The position numbers and the translations under genes were made by a program. Shown piece after piece: positions 22,668 through 33,000 of a DNA stretch of 33,000 nucleotides. The notes below the pieces were generated by a model. That model had not been told where the DNA came from, ran no database searches, and saw only the letters and a program-made list of their open reading frames with translations. The DNA lies in assembly GCA_011109175.1 (NCBI GenBank), contig RDEW01000005.1, positions 1,763,657 through 1,796,656 of the forward strand, written 5' to 3'. The stretch comes from Dicyema japonicum. Lineage: Eukaryota > Animalia > Dicyemida. The stretch's first letter is position 1, and the number at the start of each line of letters is the position of its first letter.

Positions 22668-23014
22668 CGAGGTTACTAAGAATCCCTTCGACCTCCAAAG
22701 TAACAACCATCAATGTACTCAAACGGGTAGAGACTGACATTTCGCTATAGGGAAGAATCGTAAAACACAGATTGGCGTTCTTTGGACATGTTGTCCGCTC
22801 TGATTCACTGGAAAGAACCATTATGCTGAGCAATATTACTGGGAAGAGAAGACCTGGCCGACCAAGGACTCGGTGGCTATCCACGTTGGAAGACGTCACG
22901 GGAATGCCTATATCAAGGCTTCTCCAAATTGCAACGGATCGGGGAGAGTGAGGAAACTCGTTCATGAGATCTCCAATGGTCGGACACGACTAAATTGGAC
23001 AACATAACATAACA
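22668..23014 (+). mobile_element. 5'-truncated RTE-clade LINE 3' end
   Basis: RLAFFGHVVRSDSLERTIML...GKRRPGRPRTRW...ATDR; (AACAT)n tail; TSD TAGACGT (22661-22667, 23015-23021); empty site near 29290-29305. Confidence 0.9.
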
Positions 23015-23628
23015 TAGACGTTTGACTGATTGGAAAGTATAGCTAATTAGAATAAGTATAGAGTATATCATCAGTACCTACTTTTATTAATAATTTATTA
23101 TATGTTTGGTTCGTCAAACTAAATATAAAAAAAATATTATTATTTTTTTTTAAATATTTTATAAAATATATCTATGATCTGTTACCAAAATCATTTTTAT
23201 CCAGTTCTAAGAAATAATTTTTTTCAACCAATTCTTTACTTTGAGATTGATACAATGTAGTTTATAACTTTAATTTGATATCGAGAATTTCTTTTCCCCG
23301 TATTTAGGGAAAAAGTTACGATCTCTTTCTAACTTGATGTCAATCCTTCTTTCGTCTTTAATTTTATTTGCGCAAAAAAGATGCTTTTTTTATTCACAAG
23401 AGCATCAAGGGCTTCATACTCGATGTATTTTATAGGAAAACTCAAGAAATAAACAACCTTTATGAATTTTCGATTATGATTCGAAGATTTTTTTCCGAAA
23501 CTACAAGACTTTTCGAGATGTCTACTAGCGCGCAATAGAGGATCACGGTGGAGGCTGACGGAGAGGACGATGATTAGGAATACGACACAAGGGAAACTTA
23601 ACTAATTTTATGTTTTCTCGGAAGTGCT

Positions 23629-23682
23629 AAAAATACATCCAAATTAGGCCTATCGTCGGCATCACATCAATAACCCACGGCT
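23629..23682 (-). pseudogene. About 55-bp fragment of the SPMAP1-like coding sequence
   Basis: aaaatacatccaaattaggcctatcgtcggcatcacatcaataacccacggct vs aaaatacatccaaattgggcctatatggcgggatcacatcaataacccttggct at ~11701-11755. Confidence 0.75.
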
Positions 23683-23999
23683 AGGTGGTCATGTATTGCC
23701 TTTGATTTTCTTCAGGAGTTGTCTGAGAAATTTTTACCAATTCGCGAAACAGGTTCGCTATGGTAGGAATTATCATACATCAGTTCTTTGTGTGGTTCAG
23801 GAACTGGAAAGGATGGTCTGGTTCCCTGGTTTCATTTAAGAATTGGAGGTTCCTCATGCAGAGGTGTTCTTTCATGTGGAGAATGGTGGTTTCCCAGTGG
23901 AGGTGGGCGGAAACCCACCTATAAAATTGACTTTATGTAATAATATACCATTTAAATACTATAATGCTACAATTTTTTTGATTATACTTTAATCTGAAT

Positions 24000-25895
24000 T
24001 TTGCATCAGGGAATATCCCTTACATCGACCGTGAACTCTTTTTTTCTGCCTTATTATTTCCCTTCTCGAAACCTGGTGGCGGAGTCAGGCCTATTGCTGT
24101 TGGAGCCGATTCCGAAGATTACTTCAAAAGTTTCGTGCTGGCATGTCATCAATGATTTTTCTTTCAGAACTGAAAACTGTACATCTCGAAGTGGGCATCC
24201 GCGGCAGGTGCAAATCGGCCATTCATGCCGCTAGTTCATTTGTGAACTATTGTAAAGTGAAGCTGGACGTTTCCAACGCCTTCAATTTGGTGAGGAGGGA
24301 CCATCTTGTGGAAACCGTTTTGAGGAGAGCCCCAAGAATTATCTACATTACATACCTCGCATAAGGTACTCCAAACCATCTCGTCATTGGTGATGTTCTC
24401 ATTAAATCATCGACTGGGATTCAACAAGGTAATTCTCTTGGTCCGCTTTTTTTTGTTTTGACAGTGGATGTGACTGCCCGTTCATGTGTGACGGCTTTCA
24501 ATTTTTGGTATTTGGACGATGTCACGATCGGTGGATCTTCGAGACGGTTTTGAAAAGTCTTGAAATATTTCTTCCCATTCTTAGGATTTATTGACTCGTG
24601 ATTAATTCAAGTAAATCTGAAATTTGTAATCTGTGACTCTCGCAAACTGAACTCTTTAAATCACGATGCAAGATCATGTCTTTTCTCACCGATGTGGAAC
24701 ACATTATTGTATTGAACTCCCCTATTTCCAAGGACATTATCCCTCGTAAACTTTCGGAGATTAGTAGAGCCATTGTTAATTTTCTCGAACTTGATCCACA
24801 TACTTTGTTTTTTATTGAAAAATTGCTACCTCTTTCTGGAAAGCCTGGAGAATTTCAAGACTATTGAAGAAACTGTGAATATAAATTTCGATAAAATTGG
24901 TTTGAAGCAAGAATTTTTACCCGTCAAATTTTGGTTTAACTTCTATCGTAAACGGTTCTTACCATCCTTCATTTCCTATTTATCGTGCAACTCGTTTCCA
25001 GATTTTTGCAAGTCGGCTCTGGACGACAAAATTGCTGATGGGTTGAAATAGCTGGTAGGTGGATTTCGGAGAAACCCCTCTTGATACACACCTACTGAGG
25101 AACTGGACCAATATTCTGTACAAAAAATACTCATTCGACCCTTATGGAAACAGAAGAGTTTCACCGTAGGGCTTGCATTCTGGCAGCCTCTTCCACTCAC
25201 AGCGGTGCTTGGGTGAACGCGTTCCCATCATCGTCAATTGGTTTCCTTCTGTAACAGGACACCTCCAGAGTGGGATTTCTATCCGTTTCAGGAAGACCTG
25301 TGCCAGCTTCATCCATGCCGTTGTGGATCTGTTGTGGACTACAAAGTTCTTCACCCTCTCTCTTGCCGTTTCAGCAGAGGCCGGTTCCCAAGGCATGCAA
25401 CCATCAACGGGGTTGTGAAACGCTCTCTTGAAACGGCTGATTCCCGTCGTCTCTGTAACCGGTGGGCCTGGATCGTGGAAATGGAATGCGCCCAGACAGG
25501 TTATCTGTCTTCCTCTTCTCTCGAGGGAAATACTTGATTTGAAATGGGGCTTGTACCGACACCTTTTCTAAGTCGAGACTTACAGGTTCCGCGTTGAAAG
25601 CTTTGAAAGCTCGTACTTTCGAAAATTTCTAGATAAAAAAGTACATCAGCTTCTTCACAAGATTCCATGTTCAGCCCATCGCTGTGGAAACGAATGGAGT
25701 CTTCGGACTCAAGACGATCTCTTTTCTAAGATCGCTTAGGTCAATGATTTCGAAAGTAAGCAATTGGAAAACCGAATAGTTGTTCCAAGGGTTTTCTCTG
25801 GCTGTTATCAGAAGAAAAGCCAATCCATTCTATCAGCTGGATTATTTTGATGTCTTGTTTCGTAATAAATTGTCGTCTTTCTTTCATGTAAATAA
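24000..25895 (+). mobile_element. Degenerate 5'-truncated CRE-clade element (RT to RLE)
   Basis: VRPIAVG, KLDVSNAFNLVRRD, GIQQGNSLGP, WYLDD, LHPCRCGSVVD...HPLSCRFSRGRFPRH, RPD and VETNGVFG. Similar to 1-1800 and, at the 3' end, to 22070-22430. Confidence 0.9.
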
Positions 25896-26000
25896 ATCAA
25901 GTTTAATTGAAGCCAATATACTGACATATTTTCTCAATCTTTCCAGAAACTTAGCAAATTCGCTTCTTTCTTCGCTTTCATGCAATCTCTAAAAGCAATA

Positions 26001-26301
26001 ATAATAATAAAGCCATTTCACGAGAGCCATAGTATTTATAGCTCCGCAGGACACACACTTTATTTAAGTAAAAAACAGTTAATTTTAACTAATCAAGGAA
26101 TGATCTTCACTTTTTTTTCTTGTGTGAGTGTCCTTTCTAGACAATCCAGTTCCGCAGTGAGTATCCACTGATGACGGCGTCACTCGTCAAACCCTTTCTG
26201 CATCGTAGATGCGTGGAACCTTCCACCGGGTGAACAGCAGCGAGATTCGAACCCGTAGCCTAAGCCACTTTGCCAGACATCTAACCACTATGCCACCCGG
26301 C
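26001..26301 (-). mobile_element. tRNA-derived SINE with TSD
   Basis: Near-identical to 6536-6868; TSD AAAGCAATA (25992-26000, 26303-26311); empty site in copy A near 15875-15895. Confidence 0.92.
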
Positions 26302-26879
26302 TAAAGCAATAGATCAAGAATTGTACAATGCTAGTTTATATACACAGAGGAACGTCTCCGGGTGGACGAAAGCGTGAGACTAAGTTATGAATTCAATAGT
26401 TTTGAATAAGCATTATTACTAAGAACGTTCGAAAATTAATATTTGTTTCGGAGACTGAATTGCTTAAAAGCGCTATTTTTATTCCTCGTTGACCGTCAGA
26501 TGAACGTTGGTTCTCCAATAAAATCAACTTTTTGAGCTAAAAGTCAGGAATTCAGATTCCAATGTAAGAAAATTAATTCTCAAATTAGTAATGAACCCAC
26601 AACATGTCGATAATTTCGATGTTTTGCGAATTAATTCAGTTGTCCAAGTTCTTCAAATTTTGTGCCAGATGAGAATCGAAACCAGTCATGAAACTTTGTC
26701 TCCGAGTTCATGATTTCGCCCATTCGCAAGAAAAGTGAAATGACAAGTTGCAGCTATCTTGGGAATATTAGGACATTCCGTGCAACAGAGGAACTACATG
26801 TTTGGGCAAGCAGTTGAAAAATTGCTCTAAATAATCAGATTCCCCAAGAACGCTAATAAACAACGAGAATGAGACAAGC

Positions 26880-27400
26880 TTTTATGCTCAAAGATCATAG
26901 AAGAGATAAAACCTGTGCTTGAGCAGCATCGTCTGGCTACTGCATTGACCACGAGAGTGGAGCCTGGCTCAAAGCATTACCATGCACCTTACTGGGACAC
27001 TGTTGGATGACGACACGACGAGGATTGGGGTTTCCGTCCACCTCGGAATGAATGTTCGCACGATCCATCGGTTAGATGTTGGGGAATGGTCGACGCGAAA
27101 GACCACACGCGTTTTCCTGCCGAGGAGTGCTGGAAGGAGTCCAAGACAACGGAGTTATTGCTTGGGTATTTGAGATTGCTTGAACTTGCTCAAGCCAACC
27201 GAAGACCGGACGGAACCACTCTCATCTCATGGGAAAGTAGTAAATACCTCGCCTGGAACGCCACTTGTGTCGATAATCTCTCTCCCTCCAACTTGCAACG
27301 ACAGCAGCTAACCCAGGCTCTGCTTCGGAAAAGGCTGAGACCCTAAAGTTAAAGAAATACGAAAGTCTTGATGGACAGTTCATAAAGTTGATATAACTAC
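26880..27400 (+). mobile_element. CRE-clade 3' fragment
   Basis: SGAWLKALP, GTLLDDDTTRIGV, SAGR, RRPDGTTLISW...LAWNATCVD and KLKKYESL. Confidence 0.85.
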
Positions 27401-28401
27401 TAGTTCTTCCCACTTATGTCATCATTTCGATTATTCGACTTCATATTGAAGATGCAATCTCCACTTCAACCTAAGTCATAGAGTCTTACTTTCATTATTC
27501 GGAGGCGCATCCTGGAGAATGCTGAACGTCGACATAAAGAATGTAAGAATAAGAGAAAAACACTGTCGATCAAGATAAATTTGCTACATTTCAGGCGTTG
27601 GAAAACGACGGAAATAGAGTAAACCACAAAATAGAATTAGTTATTTGTGAAATTATGACGAACTTCTGTTGCATGTCATGCCTCTTCTCAACTGGATGTT
27701 CTTGTGTGGATAGAGATTTCGGAATGAGGAAGCGTAAAATAGACCATAAGACTTCAGATTTCGCTTGACCCAAATTTGGAGAACTTTGGCAATCGTTTCT
27801 AGGAAAACCTATCAGCTCATTAATTCTTAAATGTTCAGTTCAGAGCCTTAATCGATAATAGCTACTTTGAAGTAATAGCCCCCATATGGGAGAGTCAATG
27901 TTTCGCTATCGATTCTCATCTCTTAATTCCTGTCAAGCATTTAATCTTCTCAAAGAACCGTAGTGGCATGAGGCTGAGGACTCAAGAATTCTCTATATTG
28001 GATAGAAGAAACCCATGTCTGTTAGGAAGAGATACTTTTTGATCTCTTCTGCGTCAGTAACTCAAGAGTTAAAAAATATTAAATTAACATTAGCCTGAAA
28101 TTAGAACAATTAGACCGAGAAAATCAAATTATTCATAAACAAGCATATATCATAACCTCTATCTAAACCTCGCATAATAAAAGACGTCACAGTGAGATCA
28201 CAGCACTACTCAAAGACCCTCGCGAACGGAGATGGTTTTCACAGCGCTTTTAATAACCATCTTCTACAGCATTGCCTACAGTCTCTTGACAGTTGGAGCC
28301 TGATTTTTCACTAAATTTCCACGTGTTTGTTTCCAAACAAAATATCAATAATTTAAACGAAATCAAAACCCAAAACCAATCCCAAAGGAAAAAACTCAAA
28401 G

Positions 28402-29350
28402 TTATCTAAATTCTGTTTGGATCATCGGGGTTAACTATGATTAAGTAAAATTAATCATTACATATCTTGTTTAGCAAAGCACGAAAGTTTGCTGTTGTGA
28501 TGAATCCGACAGCAGTAGTGTTCCAATATAATTCTGTTTGATTTCTCTAAATTGTTATATAGAAATTTACAGGGTCGTCTAAAAACGGAAAATTACCAAT
28601 GTAATCGGCAATATTCGACGGGTTAGGAACTTTGATTGGATGATATTTAGTGATTCTATTATTTGGCCAATCTAGGACTAATCCAAGAATGCCTGATGAA
28701 CTGGATACATTTAAAAACTTATTAAAATGACGGAAATAAGACTTTTTATAATCCAAAAAGCAGGTGATCATCTAAAGCTTAAAATACAAATGTAACATCA
28801 TCAACTGCGTGGATTTTCGCCATATAAGCTATATCAGATATTGTATCCTTTTTTCTGTCAGCCAGTATAAGAATGGTATATGAATTTTGCTTAAATATAT
28901 TTTTATAGTTGTATTTCTCCAGCCAAAGTTGACCTGTTTCATCTTCAAGGTAGTCTTTCATGTTTTCGACGTCTTGCTCCCCTAATATAGAGTAAATTAT
29001 TAACTCACCATAATATTCATCAATCTTAATTCCATTTTTAAATAAGACTAGTGATGGAAGAGCTTTGATATTCCATTGTTCTACAAGTTTATGATTTGCT
29101 TTCGCATTCATAATTCCAAACTTCAAATCATGTTTTGGAAAAATATGAGAAAGTTGGAAAAAGTTATAGCGTAGAGCATAAAAGCTATAGGAAATGTTAA
29201 AAATACTGTAAGCTATTTTATAAGCAAATAAATACTTATTTCAACAAAATACCAATCAGATTCTTTAATTTTACGTTCAAAATTTTTAGTATTTAGTCTT
29301 TCGACTGATTGGAAAGTATTGCTAATCAGAATAAGTATAAAGTATATCAT
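28402..29350 (-). CDS. Signal-peptide-bearing thioredoxin-fold (PDI-like) protein without CxxC
   Basis: MIYFILILISNTFQS leader; RLNTKNFERKIKESDWYFVE; FGIMNAKANHKLVEQWNIKALPSLVLFKNGIKIDEYYGEQD is a typical Trx-domain C-terminal half. About five 23-27 nt introns (e.g. 29213-29235). The exact stop is uncertain because of a 1-nt difference from copy A. Confidence 0.75.
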
Positions 29351-29445
29351 TATTACCTACTTTTATTAATAATTTATTATATGTTTGGTTCGCCAAACTA
29401 AATATAAAAAAATTATTATTTTTTAAATAGTTTTATAAAATATAA

Positions 29446-31187
29446 CTTTGATTGAAATTTCAAGAAGGATCAGAAGGGCTGAAGCAAACAAGTGGGAAAA
29501 GCGAATCTGCTCTCTCCCATTTCAGAAATCTGCCCAGATGGTCTGGAAGGCAATAAAAAGACTTGGCCCTAAAGAAAACTCCACCTCGAAACAAAAGACA
29601 GACCAACACAGCTTAAATAAACTAATGAAGTATTATACCGGTATAAGTCACAAAACCTTCAAGAAAATGGATGGACCCTCTTTGTTCTCGATGAGACCTA
29701 AAAGAATCCCGCCGATCACTTTTATTTCTCATTCAAACGTATTCGAAGGCTTGAAGATGATTAATCCCTCCCGCTCTTGTGGTCCAGATGGCATCCCTTC
29801 AATACTTCTTAAACACCTTGGACCGGTTACTATTGGGGTAATCTCCCTTATTTTCAACTATTCTTTGAACATGAATTCCATCCCTACGATTTGGAAACTT
29901 TCCCACATACGCCCAATACCAAAACCTGGCAAGGACAAAAACAATCCCGCTTCATACCGACCAATTTCTCTATTATGTTCATTTTCAAAATTATTGGAAA
30001 AACTGGTACTTGATCTCATTTCCCCGTCCCTTCCCTTCAGTTCCTCTCAACATGGCTTCAGAAAGTTCTATTCAACGTCCACCCACCTTACTTCTCTCAA
30101 TCAATTTATCCTTGATGGCTTCAACTCAAGTCCTCGTCACCTCAAAACCATCGTCTGCTCTGTGGATCTGCGTAAAGCCTTTGACTCTGTCTCCAGGAAA
30201 ATCTTAACCAGGAAATTATTTGGACTCTCCATTAACCCCAATCTAAAACTCTGGCTTTCGAATTTCCTCAGCGGGAGAAGGGCCCGGGTTTGTATGGATG
30301 GGACCAAATCACTTTCGAGACTACTTCCCAATGGTGTTCCGCAAGGCTCTCCTTTGTCCCCCGCCTTATTCAACCTTTTTATGTCCGATTTGCCACGATC
30401 AGTTGATAAACGATCTTCTCCTCTCCTATGCTGATGACATTCTAATTGGATCCCGTGACCAGGATCTCCTAAAAGCCTCAGAAAGAGTTCAAAAACAACT
30501 ACACGTGATTCAAAATTGGTTAATCTCCAACAGACTTGATATATCTCCTGAGAAGTCCTCCACATCCCTATTTACCTCAAACAAACGTCTTGGAAGAATG
30601 ACCGTTGATTTATTTATCAACTAAACTAAAGTATTTTTTACGAAGAAATTGAAAATCTTAGGAGTCGCCTTTGACACGCACATGACCTTCTCCCCTCATG
30701 TCGAATATATCTCCGGAACCTGCTCAAGAAAGCTTAGTTTGATCAAATCTATTTTTGGTGGCATCAGAATCCCTTTCCCAGCATTGAAACTACTACATAA
30801 ACAATTCATTGAGCCATCTATCAGCTACAAACAGAAAATCAGTGATATTCAGTCCCTATCAGCTACAACTATCGGCAAGCTCGTGAGAACAGTCAGTCTC
30901 ACACCCACCTCTCTGGAAGACCTTATCGGACAAAATGGGAAGGAATTCGCCGCTCTGTGCCGAAAATCCAACTTCCTACAATGCTCCAATGGATCGGGTC
31001 TTACTAGAAAACTTTACATCACCCCTCTTGCTTTTCTTTCAAAACCCTCCCGTCCTCAAAGAAGCTGTGTTGGATCTCGGAAGGTCCACAGGAAAAAGTT
31101 GAGAGACCTGATGGAGGCGGCCGGGATCACCTAATTAGTTTAATACAATTAAATTAACTATTGGTGTTCTTGGGTTAAATAAATAAT
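29446..31187 (+). mobile_element. 5'-truncated APE-RT LINE (RT region, 3' stem-loop, TAAA tail)
   Basis: SCGPDGI, SYRPISLL, QHGFRK, DLRKAFDSV, GVPQGSPLSPALFN, YADD and KILGVAFD. Same family as 9475-11236; absent from copy A. Confidence 0.93.
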
Positions 31188-31879
31188 ATTTTTTTTTCAA
31201 CCACTTCTTACTTTGGATCAATCCTATGTAGTCTTTAACTTTAATCTGATTGCGAAATTTTCTTTCCCCCTTATTTTGGGAATAAATTTCGACTCTTATC
31301 ACTTGGGGACCAATCAATTTTATTCTTCCGAAATAGATGCTTTTAACTTCCTTAACCTAATTAAGATCAGGAGCATCAAGGGATTTATTCCCAGTGTAAA
31401 TATAGGAACGGAAGAATCAAAAAAATGTAACTTTATGAATTTTCATGGCGATTAAAAAAAATTTTCCAATCAAAATAAAATTTTTAAAAGTTATATTTTT
31501 TTGTCCAATCTGATTAAAATAATATTTTTTTCATTTCAAAAGAGGATACTTAAAATTGGAATATTTATTTAAATTTTAAGTAAAAGTAATTATTTCATAA
31601 CGCCCGTCTAACTCAACCTTCTCTTCTTGGGGCCAATCTCTACTGTCTGTATAGCTATGTTCACGTCGCTGCACACACGACATTCAGAGACTACCCTAGA
31701 TTGACATTTTTACGCTGTCTTCCTTCTCACCAAGCATCGGTGCTCCATGCCTCTCTTCAACTTGCATACTCGCCATTCTTCCTTAGTAATAGCGTTTGTA
31801 TATAAGCTTTGACCCTCTCCTCCACCGTGAAGCCATCCATGTGGCCCTTGAAAAATTTGGATACAATTCCATCCCAGGT

Positions 31880-33000
31880 GATGATTAATCGTATTTTTAT
31901 TTTATCATAAACGAAAATGTCGAATTTGTCATTCGTTATAGCCGTATCCGTACTGATCGTCGTTTCTACACGAATCTTCACAAATTCATTTGCGAAAACA
32001 GATTGTACTGAATGGGTCTTCAGTTTATTAGTTTTTTTATTCCATATTGACGGCAGAGATGTAGATGTGAACATCTGACCACTTCGTTTTGCCGCCTGAG
32101 ATAATAGCTATTCAGCATTCTCCCACACCTAGTTGCAAGGTGATCGACGGTCTTCTTTTGCTGAGTTACAATGTCCGCACTTGGTTTCTATTACGATCTT
32201 GAAGTAGACACAGCCTTCCCTTGGTTATATGAGAGTGATTTACATGCACTAGCCATCCAGAGGATTCAACATCAATTTCAACATTTTCAGATCCTTCACA
32301 TTTTCAATGTTGTAAGTTTCTGAATAAATCTGACAATCCAGCAGGGAAGACCAGAATTTTGTAATACCTTGGTCCAAAAACTGGTGATCGACGAAGTCAT
32401 AAGCTTTTTTGACCTCGATCCAAGTAGAATTCAAATTGTTTCCGTTTCGTTGATTTAAGCATTTTTGACGATGGCTTGCTCTTTCTCACCTTGACCAGTT
32501 GATTGTCACTTATCAAGTTGTATGATTCAATATATCCTGATAATTTTTTGTTCACACACTTTTTCAATAGTTTATACAGGTTAGGCATACAAGTGATTGG
32601 ACTTAACTCCTTGGGTGAATCACATACATCAACTTTTGGAATCAGATATGTAATCCCAGGATAGATCCAATCACAAGGCGTATATTCATCATTTATAATC
32701 CTATGAATCTCCTCACAAGATATCCATGAATCAAAGTAAAGTTTTTGTTTAAAAAAAGTTATATATTCCATCACAACCAGATGCCTTCTAATTTGGAAGC
32801 ATCATGATAGTCTCGGTGATTTTTTCCTTCGTAGATAGCTAGAGTTCTCTGATCCATTTACTCTTTTGCTAGTCAAGAAATTTCTGTTCTTTAGCTCAAC
32901 CTTATTCCAATGTTACTCCAAAATGGAAGATATTCCTCCTCATTGAAAATAATTATCCCCTCTTCGATTTGCTTATTTCTTCGTCAAATTGTTTCTTCCC
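31880..33000 (-). mobile_element. Degenerate R4/Dong-like RLE non-LTR retrotransposon, truncated by window end
   Basis: GITYLIPK...PITCMPNLYKL, WIEVKKAYD.VDH, CGHC...TVDHLATRC and TISTDTAITNDKFDIFVYDK. Large internal deletions. Confidence 0.8.

Larger units (their letters stand above)
18762..23071 (-). pseudogene. Thioredoxin-fold/PDI-like gene copy A, disrupted by CRE and RTE insertions
   Basis: Colinear with 28402-29350 once 19481-22479 and 22668-23014 are removed. First intron acceptor reads AC instead of AG. Confidence 0.8.
15800..23500 (+). repeat. Segmental duplication, copy A (interrupted by four insertions)
   Basis: Colinear matches: 15800-16109 with 25915-26520; 16530-16940 with 27920-28358; 18708-19480 with 28351-29120; 22480-23170 with 29112-29445; 23215-23475 with 31185-31445. 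Confidence 0.9.
25905..31450 (+). repeat. Segmental duplication, copy B
   Basis: Colinear with copy A. Carries its own SINE (26001-26301), LINE (29446-31187) and an extra block (~26540-27915). Confidence 0.9.

Noticed and set aside
23901-23920. GC hairpin AGGTGGG/CCCACCT as a Helitron 3' end or terminator
   Set aside because: No downstream CTRR and no second copy. Bacterial-style terminators do not apply here.
31640-31880. Cys-rich minus-strand stretch resembling a piggyBac C-terminal domain
   Set aside because: Needs frameshifts; no TIR, TTAA junction or catalytic domain seen.
1-33000. Prokaryotic systems (CRISPR, retrons, DGRs) or a non-standard genetic code
   Set aside because: No repeat-spacer arrays. 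All RTs carry eukaryotic non-LTR motifs. Stops in host genes are explained by GT-AG micro-introns, and genes end in TAA/TAG.

Overview
This is AT-rich eukaryotic, most likely animal, nuclear DNA in the standard genetic code. Compact host genes with very short GT-AG introns (about 19-29 nt) sit among dense, mostly decayed transposons. Host genes I could splice by hand: a reduced cyclase-associated protein (CAP/Srv2, 2491-3908, -), a C17orf98/SPMAP1 (DUF4542)-like gene (11357-11887, -), UFD1 (14113-15180, +) and two paralogues of a signal-peptide-bearing thioredoxin-fold (PDI-like) gene lacking CxxC. One paralogue looks essentially intact (28402-29350); the other is broken by insertions (18762-23071). 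Both lie in a direct segmental duplication (~15800-23500 vs ~25905-31450) whose copies show filled versus empty sites for several insertions. Mobile DNA: CRE-clade non-LTR elements (one near full length with a PHD finger), APE-RT LINEs sharing a co-varying 3' stem-loop, an RTE 3' end, an R4/Dong-like element, a Buster-type hAT whose transposase appears to carry host-style micro-introns, and a tRNA-derived SINE with a structured core. Tiny introns, divergent proteins and a ciliary gene suggest a dicyemid-like ciliated animal; this is inference only. I cannot establish a wholly new biological system. The best leads are the micro-intron architecture (including in the transposase), the co-varying LINE 3' RNA element and its short non-autonomous derivative, the structured SINE core and the minimal CAP. 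All family calls come from motif recognition; no searches were run.
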